DNA of 64,000 bases, from assembly GCA_963718525.1 (NCBI GenBank), contig OY970355.1, positions 2,624,001 through 2,688,000 on the forward strand. Direction: 5' to 3'. The stretch comes from Candidatus Dormiibacterota bacterium (GTDB lineage: Bacteria > Chloroflexota > Dormibacteria > Aeolococcales > Aeolococcaceae). The translations under genes were made by a program, and so were the position numbers. Positions 48,873-57,084 of this stretch are shown here, piece after piece (position 1 is the first letter of the stretch; the number at the start of each line of letters is the position of its first letter). The notes beneath the pieces are model-generated. The model saw nothing but the letters and a program-made list of their open reading frames with translations. It was not told the origin of the DNA and did no database searches.

Positions 48873-48946
48873 GGCGACGTAGCCAAGTGGTAAGGCACGG
48901 GTCTGCAAAACCCTGATCGTGGGTTCGATTCCCACCGTCGCCTCCA
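48873..48946 (+). tRNA. tRNA-Cys(GCA)
   Basis: GGCGACG/CGTCGCC acceptor, CTGCAAA loop, GTTCGATTC, encoded CCA. Confidence 0.97.
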
Positions 48947-48965
48947 TGCCGGGTATCCTCACGGC

Positions 48966-50198
48966 GTGTCTGTGACCGAGTCGGTGCACACGCGCGCCCA
49001 CATCGACCTGGCGGAACGGGCACGCCGGGTGCTCCCGGGTGGCGCCACCCATGCATCGCGCACGTACGATCCGCGCATCTACGTGGCTCGATCGAGCGGC
49101 TCGAGGAAGTGGCTCATCGACGGTACCGAGCTGATCGACTACACAATGGGCCACGGAGCCCTGCTGCTCGGACACGCGCATCCCGTGGTGGTGCAGGCCT
49201 TGCGCGACCAGGTGGCACAGGGCACGCACTACGGGGCCGCCCATCCGCTCGAGGTCGAGTGGGCCGAACAGATCGTCTCGCTCGTCCCGTCGGCAGAGAA
49301 GGTGCGGTTCACCGCGTCGGGGACCGAGGCGGCGATGCTCTCTCTCCGGGTCGCGCGGGCCGCCACCGGCCGGGACCGCATCGTCAAGCTCCAGGAACAC
49401 TTTCACGGCTGGTCGGATGCGGTGACCCCCTTCCTCGACGGCGCCGGCACCATCCGGACGCCGGTCGGCGTGCCCGCTGCACTCGGAACCCTCACGACTG
49501 TCGTCCGCACCAACGACCCAGCAGATCTCGAAGCGACTGTGGCTCGCGGTGACGTCGCCGCTGTGATCATGGAACCATCTGGCGCGCACTACGGTCAGCT
49601 GCCGCTTGAGTTTGCGTTCATCGCCGCGGCGCGCGCCGCGTGCACGGCGAGCGGCACAGTGCTCATCTTCGATGAGGTGGTCACCGGTTTTCGCATCGCC
49701 CCGGGCGGAATGCAATCGACGCTCGGAATCACGCCGGATCTGAGCATCCTCGGCAAGGTGATGGCGGGTGGGCTGCCGGGCGGCGCGGTCGCAGGGCGGG
49801 CGGATCTGCTCGAGTTGCTGGCGACGACGATCGCGCATCCAGGCACCTTCAACGCCAACCCGCTCAGCGCCGTGGCCGGCATCACGACCTTGCGGTTGGT
49901 CGCCGACGGCTTCCCGCAGCGGACTACCGAGGCGTATGCAGTGACGCTCGCCGGAGAGTGGTCCGCAGTGCTCGCCGCCGCCGGCATCCCGGGAACCATC
50001 CGCCGCCTCGCGAGCATCCTCCATATATCCCTTGACGATCCCAAGGCACAGGCGAGGATCGCGAATGCGATCCGGGCCGAGGGTGTGGACGTCCTCAACA
50101 CGAGCGCCTTCTGCTCTTCAGTACACACGCTCGTCGACCTCGAACAGTCGATCGCAGCGTTCGCTCGAGCGATCGTCGTCGCGTCCACGCCCGGGTAG
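48966..50198 (+). CDS. Class III PLP aminotransferase (GSA-aminomutase-like paralogue)
   Basis: SGTEA, FHGW, FDEVVTGFR, GKVMAGG, GTFNANP. Confidence 0.9.
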   Translation: MSVTESVHTRAHIDLAERARRVLPGGATHASRTYDPRIYVARSSGSRKWLIDGTELIDYTMGHGALLLGHAHPVVVQALRDQVAQGTHYGAAHPLEVEWAEQIVSLVPSAEKVRFTASGTEAAMLSLRVARAATGRDRIVKLQEHFHGWSDAVTPFLDGAGTIRTPVGVPAALGTLTTVVRTNDPADLEATVARGDVAAVIMEPSGAHYGQLPLEFAFIAAARAACTASGTVLIFDEVVTGFRIAPGGMQSTLGITPDLSILGKVMAGGLPGGAVAGRADLLELLATTIAHPGTFNANPLSAVAGITTLRLVADGFPQRTTEAYAVTLAGEWSAVLAAAGIPGTIRRLASILHISLDDPKAQARIANAIRAEGVDVLNTSAFCSSVHTLVDLEQSIAAFARAIVVASTPG

Positions 50199-50222
50199 CG
50201 CTCTGGCGGCCGGCACCCGCCC

Positions 50223-50864
50223 TTAGATGATCCCGTGGCGCTGCGCCCAGAGCGCAGCCTGCACGCGGTCCTCGACACCCAGCCGATCGAACACCGACCC
50301 GAGGTGCGCCTTGACCGTCTTCTCGCTGATTCCGAGACGCCATGCGATCTGCTTGTTGCTCATTCCCCGCCCCACCAGCGTGAGCACGTCGAGCTCGCGC
50401 TGGGTCAGATCGTCGAGCGGCCGGCGCTTGATGCGATCCCGCAGCAACTCCTTGGCAGCCTTTGGCGAGAGCGGCGTATCACCCTTGGCGGCGGAGCGGA
50501 TCCCGTTCAGCAGCTCCTGCGGCTCGGTGTCCTTGAGGAGGAAGCCGACGGCGCCATTGTCGATCGCCTCCACCACCATGTCGTGCTCGGAGTACGACGT
50601 GAGCATCACGACCTTGGTTCCGGCGACTGCCTTGAGCATCCTTCGGAGCGCCTCGAAGCCGTTCATGCCCGGCATGGAGATATCCATGAGCACGATGTCG
50701 GGATGCTCTTCGACCGCATACGCGACGGCTTCCTCTCCGTCGGACGCAGCACCGACCACCTTGATATCGGTAGTGCCGTTCAACAGGGAAGTCAGCCCTC
50801 GTCTCACCAACGGGTGATCATCGACGATGAGCACTCGAATGGGAGTGGGGTGCGTAACGTCCAC
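50223..50864 (-). CDS. NarL/LuxR-family response regulator (no adjacent kinase)
   Basis: IVDDH, LMD, LTQRE...GMSNKQIA...TVKAH. Confidence 0.94.
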   Translation of the reverse strand: MDVTHPTPIRVLIVDDHPLVRRGLTSLLNGTTDIKVVGAASDGEEAVAYAVEEHPDIVLMDISMPGMNGFEALRRMLKAVAGTKVVMLTSYSEHDMVVEAIDNGAVGFLLKDTEPQELLNGIRSAAKGDTPLSPKAAKELLRDRIKRRPLDDLTQRELDVLTLVGRGMSNKQIAWRLGISEKTVKAHLGSVFDRLGVEDRVQAALWAQRHGII

Positions 50865-50887
50865 AGTTGTAGCCCAGCCTAACCGAT

Positions 50888-51050
50888 ATCTCTCACTCTG
50901 GAGAAAGAAGTCGGCGGTGGCACCGACCCAGCAGAACCGCGATACACCCGGTGCCGCGGGGAGGGGGAGCCCGCGAGGGTAAACCACTGAACTGGGTCGG
51001 CGCCCGCCCGCCTATCAGGGGGACTTGCGTTTTGAAAGAGGTGAATTCCC
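50888..51050 (-). ncRNA. Long rod-shaped structured RNA candidate (6S-like or leader)
   Basis: Nested stems with G-U pairs only on the minus strand; TATCGT at 51057-51062 upstream. Confidence 0.45.
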
Positions 51051-51102
51051 GTCGCGACGATAGTCTGCCAACAGGTGTCCCGGCGCCGCTAGGTCGATCG
51101 TC

Positions 51103-52476
51103 TTAAGACCCGGGGTGGCGGCGAGACAGCTCCTCGCGATTGGCGGCGAGCCGGTCGGCGACCGCGCGCTCCGCTCCATGGGTCGACGGGTCGTAGTACT
51201 GGCGCCCGGAGAGGGAATCGGGCAGGTGCTGCTGCTCCACCACTCCGCCTTGGTGGTCGTGCGCGTACCGGTACCCCGTCCCGAATCCCATCGCGCGACC
51301 GAGACCGGTCACCGCATTGCGCAGATGCAGCGGCACCGGCTGATGCAGCGTTTCGGCCACATCCGCCGCCGCGGCGACATAGGCCCGAAGCACGCTGTTG
51401 CTCTTCGGGGCTGCAGCCAGGTAGAGCGCCGCCTCGGTGAGCGGCAGGAAACCTTCCGGCATGCCGATGAAATGCGCCGCCTGCTGCGCTGCAACCGCGA
51501 CGCTCAATGCCTGTGGATCGGCCAGTCCGATGTCCTCCGCGGCCAGGATGACCATGCGGCGGGCCACGAACAGCGGGTCTTCTCCGGCCTCCAGCATCCT
51601 CGCGAGCCAGTACACGGCGGCATCGGGGTCGCTGCCGCGGACGGATTTGATGAACGCGGAGATCAGCCAGTAGTGCTGATCGCCGGCGCGATCGTAGAGC
51701 AGCGCCGGGTTCTGCAGCGCACCTTCCACATCCGCGGCCGTGACCCGCACCACCCCCGCCGGATCCGGGATCGCGGCCTGGACCGCGAGCTCGAGCGAGT
51801 TGAGCGCAATCCGCGCGTCGCCACCGCAGAGGGACACGAGCCGGTCGACCGCATCCGCGTCGACATCGACGTGCTGACCGCCCAGCCCCCGTTCGGGGTC
51901 GGCGAGCGCCCGCTCGATCAAGCTGCGGAGATCCTCCGCCTCGAGCGCCTCGAGCCGGATCACCCTGCTGCGGGACAGCAATGCCGCGTTGACCTCGAAT
52001 GAGGGGTTCTCGGTGGTCGCCCCGAGCAGCGTGACCGTCGCATTCTCGACATGGGGCAGCACGGCATCCTGCTGACTCTTGTTGAACCGGTGGATCTCAT
52101 CGATGAACAGCACCGTGCGCCCTCCGGTGCGAAGGCGCTCGCGCGCTCGTTCAACCACCTTGCGCAGGTCGGCGACCCCTGCGCTCGTGGCGCTGACGGC
52201 CTCGAACGTTGCGTTGGTCGCGCCCGCGATCAGTGCCGCGAGCGTGGTCTTGCCGCTGCCGGGCGGACCCCAGAGTATGAGCGACGGGACTTCACCGGCA
52301 TCGACCGCACGGCGGAGCACGGTCCCGACGCCGATCGCGCGATGCTGTCCGACGAACTCGTCAAAGGTCCGTGGCCGCATCCGCGTCGCGAGCGGAGCGT
52401 GGCTCGCGGCAGGGTTCGGGGACTCAGCGCTGCCAGGGTCCGCACCGAAGAGCGAACGCTGCGCTGCCACCGGCAA
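51103..52476 (-). CDS. rarA: Replication-associated recombination protein A
   Basis: PLATRMRP, GPPGSGKTT, DEIHRFNK.QQD, SAFIKSVRGSD, EDIGLADP. Confidence 0.96.
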   Translation of the reverse strand: MPVAAQRSLFGADPGSAESPNPAASHAPLATRMRPRTFDEFVGQHRAIGVGTVLRRAVDAGEVPSLILWGPPGSGKTTLAALIAGATNATFEAVSATSAGVADLRKVVERARERLRTGGRTVLFIDEIHRFNKSQQDAVLPHVENATVTLLGATTENPSFEVNAALLSRSRVIRLEALEAEDLRSLIERALADPERGLGGQHVDVDADAVDRLVSLCGGDARIALNSLELAVQAAIPDPAGVVRVTAADVEGALQNPALLYDRAGDQHYWLISAFIKSVRGSDPDAAVYWLARMLEAGEDPLFVARRMVILAAEDIGLADPQALSVAVAAQQAAHFIGMPEGFLPLTEAALYLAAAPKSNSVLRAYVAAAADVAETLHQPVPLHLRNAVTGLGRAMGFGTGYRYAHDHQGGVVEQQHLPDSLSGRQYYDPSTHGAERAVADRLAANREELSRRHPGS

Positions 52477-52484
52477 GGGTTCGC

Positions 52485-53450
52485 TCAGCTGGAGGCCGGC
52501 GGCACGGTGACGACGGTCGGAGGCTCGAGGCCGGGCGCATCACCCAGCACACTTCGGAGCACCTGCGCCGCGCCGAGCAATCCGGAGGTCTCAGCGGGGA
52601 CGACGAGCTTGGCGTTGGGGCTCTCTGCGAACTTCGTCAGGGTGTCGAGCTGCAGGATCGCGACCAAGGTGGGATCCGGAGCCGCCGCCTTGATTGAGCC
52701 GTACACGGTCGAGATCGCCTGCGCGCGTCCTTCCGCTTCGAGGATCGCCGCCTGCCGGTTGCCCTCAGCGCGGAGGATGGCCGCCTGCCGCTCGCCTTCG
52801 GCCTGCTTGATGGCTGCCTGCCGGTTACCGTCCGCAATGTTGACGGCCGACTGCTGCTGACCTTCCGACTGCAGGATGCGGGCCCGCTTCTCCTGGTCTG
52901 CCTGCTTCTGGAGGGCCATCGCCTGGAGGATCTGCACCGGTGGGGAGATATCGACGATCTCGATCCGGTTGATCCTGATCCCCCACTTGTCGGTGACCTG
53001 CTCCATCTGCTGCTGCATCGCCGCATTGATCTGCTCGCGCGAGGAGAGCGCCTCATCGAGGCTGACGTTGCCGAATGCGTTACGAAGCGTGGTGCGCGCC
53101 TGCTGATCGATCGCGACGAGGTAGTCGGACACGTTGAACAGCGCCGCCCTCGGCTCGATGACCTGGCTGAAAATGGTCGCGTTGACCGCGACGGCGACGT
53201 TGTCACGGGTGATCACGTCCTGGCGATCTCCGGTACGTGGCGTCTCGCGCATGTCGACGCGGAGCAACTTGTCGATGAACGGCGTGATGATGGTCAGGCC
53301 GGCTTGCGATTCCCGCCGAAAGCGTCCAAAACGAGTGACCACGCCGGCGAATCCCTGCGGCACGACGCGCACGGCGCCACCGATAAGAATCGCGACCACG
53401 ATGAGCAGGACGACGACGATGATCGCCGTGACCAGACCACTGTTGTTCAC
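52485..53450 (-). CDS. SPFH/stomatin-family membrane protein
   Basis: N-terminal TM; QDVITRDNV; AEG/QAAI repeats. Confidence 0.92.
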   Translation of the reverse strand: MNNSGLVTAIIVVVLLIVVAILIGGAVRVVPQGFAGVVTRFGRFRRESQAGLTIITPFIDKLLRVDMRETPRTGDRQDVITRDNVAVAVNATIFSQVIEPRAALFNVSDYLVAIDQQARTTLRNAFGNVSLDEALSSREQINAAMQQQMEQVTDKWGIRINRIEIVDISPPVQILQAMALQKQADQEKRARILQSEGQQQSAVNIADGNRQAAIKQAEGERQAAILRAEGNRQAAILEAEGRAQAISTVYGSIKAAAPDPTLVAILQLDTLTKFAESPNAKLVVPAETSGLLGAAQVLRSVLGDAPGLEPPTVVTVPPASS

Positions 53451-53454
53451 TGAG

Positions 53455-53913
53455 TCAGCCTCCCTTGGGGGGCGCGACCACAAGGGTGGTGCCGCGCACT
53501 TCGACGACGGTGACCTGCTGATGCGCGGGCACGCCACCGGGGTTGGTGGTCACCGCCAGCCAGCGTTCGTTGAACAGCCGCGCATGCCCTGGGTGGTTCT
53601 CGTCGCCGACCGGCTCGAGTGTCAGTGCCGGCTGCCCGACAAGATTGTCAGACGCACCCGGCATCGTCAGCTTTGGGCCCAGATGGCGGGCGGAAATCCG
53701 AGCCAGGGTCGGTCGAACCGCCATGGTCCCGACAATCGCCACGGCTGCGCCGACCACCGCCTGCACCCATACCTGCGTCGGGAACAGCGCGACGACCGTC
53801 GCTGCGAATGAACCCAGCGCAAGGAAGAGCGCGTAGAACGCCTGGCTGTGGACTTCGAGTCCCACGAGGACGAGGCCGGCGATCAGCCAGACCACCCACA
53901 TCCAGGTCAACAT
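53455..53913 (-). CDS. NfeD-family protein
   Basis: TM segments then LVG...ERW.A...V.V..V.G..LVV OB-fold; adjacent to SPFH. Confidence 0.9.
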   Translation of the reverse strand: MLTWMWVVWLIAGLVLVGLEVHSQAFYALFLALGSFAATVVALFPTQVWVQAVVGAAVAIVGTMAVRPTLARISARHLGPKLTMPGASDNLVGQPALTLEPVGDENHPGHARLFNERWLAVTTNPGGVPAHQQVTVVEVRGTTLVVAPPKGG

Positions 53914-53942
53914 GCAGCGAGTGTACCCGGCTTATGAAGCGG

Positions 53943-54500
53943 CTACACAATCGAATCGACGGCCATCCTGGCCCCGGCGGCTCGGAGCAGCGCGAGCGCC
54001 ACCAGCCCGCCGAGCGTCGCCCACGCTGCCAGGCTGATCGCCAGCTGGCTGAAATCAGTTCCTGCCAGCTGTGCGTGGATCAGGAAAATCCCGAACATCG
54101 GGTAGCTCAGGCGATGGATCCAGCGCCACAGGACCGGCTGCATCGCGCGCCGGAGCGCCGAGCTCACGCCGATCAGGACGAGCAGCAGCAGCCCGATCGT
54201 GCCGAGCCCGATGGCGAGCTGTGAGCCCGCTCCTTCGTTGACGCGAAACGGCACGAGCAGGTCGAGCGGCGTGATCCGCGACGTCGAGTCGAGCAGGAGC
54301 GATGTGACGTGCACCATCACCAGTGGCACCCAGAACCAGGTGAGAAACCCATGCACCGCAAGCACGGCGCGGTTTCGTGCCAGTGGCGCGAGCAATGCCG
54401 TGCGTATCGCCATGCCGGTGAGAACCGACGCGGCAAGGATGAAGAATGCTGCAAGTGCCGCGGCGCGCGCGGCGTACCAGAGGATCAGGTCGGCGCTCAC
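53943..54500 (-). CDS. Ferric-reductase-like (MsrQ-type) heme b transmembrane protein
   Basis: WYAARA, TM histidines (AVH, MVH, WRWIHRLSY, LIH), GTD. Confidence 0.85.
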   Translation of the reverse strand: MSADLILWYAARAAALAAFFILAASVLTGMAIRTALLAPLARNRAVLAVHGFLTWFWVPLVMVHVTSLLLDSTSRITPLDLLVPFRVNEGAGSQLAIGLGTIGLLLLVLIGVSSALRRAMQPVLWRWIHRLSYPMFGIFLIHAQLAGTDFSQLAISLAAWATLGGLVALALLRAAGARMAVDSIV

Positions 54501-54501
54501 G

Positions 54502-55365
54502 TCAGGCTACCAGGGCGACGGCTGACGGCACGATCGCGTGGCAGGCGGCTCCACGAGCTTCGACCCACCCACGCGCGGCCGAGGGCCCGATCAGGCACCC
54601 GCCCTTGGCGAGCACGTCGGCGCGCAGCGCGTTCGCCGCGATCACCGAGAACGCACCGACCCCGGTGGTTGTCGGTGCGCCCGTGCGTGGGTCGATGAGG
54701 TGGTGCCCGCCCAGCCAGCGCCGGCGTGAAATCCCGGACGTAGCGATCCCTGCGTCGCACACGGTCACCGAGAGGCCGTCGCACAGCACGACGTCCCAAC
54801 CGCGCCGCTGTGGTCCTGCGCCCCTGGTCCGGATATCGCCGCCGAGATTGATCGCAGCGTTGTCGAAGCGCTCGCACAGGCGGTCGGCGAGCCATCCCTT
54901 ACCGACGCCGCCGAGGTCGATCGAGCACTCGTGAGTGAGGCGAGCCCAGCCGTCGCCCACCTCGAGCACGTCTGGGAGAGCCGGGACAGCCGTACATGGT
55001 GACGGGCGATTGCGCGCCATCGTGGCGGCGCGTAGCTCGGTGAAGGAACGGTCGTACCCGGCGTCCATGAGCGCCGGCAGGCAGGCGGCATTCACCAGCC
55101 CATCGCTGAGTTCGTACGCATCGAGACAGACCCGGAGCAGCTCGGCGAGGAGTGGTGACACCGCCACTCGGGCGCCTGCTCCGGTGTTGAATCGCGAGAG
55201 CTCACTGTCCGAGTCAAACCTGGTGAGTGCCTGCTCGAATGCGTGCGTGTCTGCGATGGTCGCTGACACGTCGTCCTGGTTTGACTCGCAGACGATCACC
55301 TCGCATCGGGCCCCGCCGAACGCGGTGAACACGTGGCGGATCGGCGGGTGGTGCACGCCGATCAC
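54502..55365 (-). CDS. apbE: FAD:protein FMN transferase
   Basis: TRF...SELSRFN, DLGGVGKG, NLGGD, ATSG, HHLIDPRTG. Confidence 0.92.
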   Translation of the reverse strand: MIGVHHPPIRHVFTAFGGARCEVIVCESNQDDVSATIADTHAFEQALTRFDSDSELSRFNTGAGARVAVSPLLAELLRVCLDAYELSDGLVNAACLPALMDAGYDRSFTELRAATMARNRPSPCTAVPALPDVLEVGDGWARLTHECSIDLGGVGKGWLADRLCERFDNAAINLGGDIRTRGAGPQRRGWDVVLCDGLSVTVCDAGIATSGISRRRWLGGHHLIDPRTGAPTTTGVGAFSVIAANALRADVLAKGGCLIGPSAARGWVEARGAACHAIVPSAVALVA

Positions 55366-55835
55366 GACACGTACGTGCTGATGAGGGGGTTGGCCGACGG
55401 CGGCGCGGCGACGACCGATGGCACGATCGCGCTGCCCGCACCGGTGGCCGCGCTGCCGGCGCAGCTCGCCGCGGTGCCGTTGGTTATTCGCTGCAGCCCA
55501 TGCAGATACGCCTCAACGGCGAGCCGCTGCGACGCGGTCAGCGGGGCCAGGATGCTTCGTCGTTCGCTCGCGGTGTTCGCCTGGCGCAACTGCTGCACGA
55601 CAGGGAGCAACGACGGATCGAGCGCAGCAGACGAACTTCCCGCGTTGATGCCGGCTCCCCCGCAGGATGGTGGGATGACAAGCGCCGCGGCCTTGGTCGA
55701 CGAGCCGCTCAACGAGGGGCGCAACGGTGCCGCCGCCGGCTTCGGGTCGCTCGCCACCAGCACTCCGCTCACGCCACACACGGCGACTGCGCTCACACCG
55801 CTGACGATCTTGAGCGCACGCGTACCGAGTGTCAT
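55362..55835 (-). CDS. Secreted/membrane-anchored low-complexity hypothetical protein
   Basis: N-terminal hydrophobic segment; Ser/Ala/Pro-rich; stop overlaps apbE start. Confidence 0.7.
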   Translation of the reverse strand: MTLGTRALKIVSGVSAVAVCGVSGVLVASDPKPAAAPLRPSLSGSSTKAAALVIPPSCGGAGINAGSSSAALDPSLLPVVQQLRQANTASERRSILAPLTASQRLAVEAYLHGLQRITNGTAASCAGSAATGAGSAIVPSVVAAPPSANPLISTYVS

Positions 55836-55838
55836 TGA

Positions 55839-57074
55839 TCAGGCGGTCTGGATGATCGGAAGCTCGGGAAACGAAGCACCGAGCACCGAGGTTGGATCCG
55901 CCTGCAACCAGTCGCGAATGAGCGTCTGATACACGCTGCGAAAGTCGACGTTGTACTTGAGGTTCCCCGAGTCCACGGTGCTGGTCAGCGACGGTTGCTC
56001 ACCGAAGACCCCACCCTTGACCGGCTTGCCGACGACGAACACCGGGGCGGCCGCGCCATGGTCTGTGCCCTTGCCGCCATTCTCGGCGACCCGCCTGCCG
56101 AACTCCGACCAGGTCATGAGCACGACCCGATCGGCCATGCCGTGGTTGGCGATGTCCTGCATGAACGCGCTCACCGCACTGTCGACGTAAGCGAGCAGCG
56201 CGTGCTGGCGCGTGTCCTCATCCTGGTGCGTGTCAAAGCCACCGAGGACGACGTGACAGATCTTGACGCTCGGCTGAGTCACGATCATCTCCGCGGTGAG
56301 CTGGAGTGATGTCGCCAGGCTATTCTTGCTCCCGTACACGGTGCTCTGAGGTGTGTATGTCACCGACGGCGTGTACCGGGTTTGCAAGTCTGCGAGCGCG
56401 GCGATTCCATACTCCGCGGTCGACAGGGCCTGGTCGAACAGCGCACCGTAGATGCCCGGCGTCTTCGTATAGAGCGCGGGAGCTGCCACGCGGCGCCCGG
56501 CTCCGCCCTGCACCTGGTAGGCGGGAACGGAGTCGATGACGCTCACCGTGGCGCTTTGCGCGAGCAGCTCAGCGGGCGCGCTTGCTTGACCGAGTGCGCA
56601 ACCGGTGAGCGGATGTCCCTGCGAGTCGAGCTGGCTCGCGAGCAGCTTCCCGAGCCATCCCTCGGTCTGCTGCATCGTCGGATCCGCGTGCTCCCAGATG
56701 TACAGGCCCTCGAAGTGCGAGTACACGGGATTCGGATACCCCACGCCCTGCACGAGCGCGACCTCGCCGGCGTCGAAGAGCTTTTTGATGCCGGGCATCA
56801 CTGGGTTCAGCCCGACCGCCGCATTGAGAGGGAGCAGCTTGTCCGCGGGGATGCCGATGGTTGGTCGTGCCTGCAGATAGGCGGGATCCGCGAGGGGCAC
56901 GACGGTGTTCAACCCGTCGTTGCCGCCGCCGAGCTGGAGGATGACGAGCACGTGGTCGTTGTGCACGTCCTCCATGGTCGCGGCGAAGACCGACTTCGCA
57001 AAGACCGGCGGCACGATGATGCCAACGCCGGTCGCCGTGATGCCGCTCACCATGAAATCGCGTCGCGTGATCAT
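55839..57074 (-). CDS. DUF1501 family protein with Tat signal
   Basis: TRRDF; LQLGGGNDGLNT, SHF, GGFDTH, SEFGRR, GTDHG. Confidence 0.9.
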   Translation of the reverse strand: MITRRDFMVSGITATGVGIIVPPVFAKSVFAATMEDVHNDHVLVILQLGGGNDGLNTVVPLADPAYLQARPTIGIPADKLLPLNAAVGLNPVMPGIKKLFDAGEVALVQGVGYPNPVYSHFEGLYIWEHADPTMQQTEGWLGKLLASQLDSQGHPLTGCALGQASAPAELLAQSATVSVIDSVPAYQVQGGAGRRVAAPALYTKTPGIYGALFDQALSTAEYGIAALADLQTRYTPSVTYTPQSTVYGSKNSLATSLQLTAEMIVTQPSVKICHVVLGGFDTHQDEDTRQHALLAYVDSAVSAFMQDIANHGMADRVVLMTWSEFGRRVAENGGKGTDHGAAAPVFVVGKPVKGGVFGEQPSLTSTVDSGNLKYNVDFRSVYQTLIRDWLQADPTSVLGASFPELPIIQTA

Positions 57075-57084
57075 CTCGTTGGCC

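Noticed and set aside
36884-50198. Calling the GSA-like paralogues at 36884 and 48966 hemL
   Set aside because: They lack the PGGVxSPVRA N-terminal signature and the hem operon context seen at 19754..21046
52740-52880. Imperfect 33-nt tandem repeats
   Set aside because: They encode the normal AEG/QAAI coiled-coil repeats of SPFH proteins; not CRISPR
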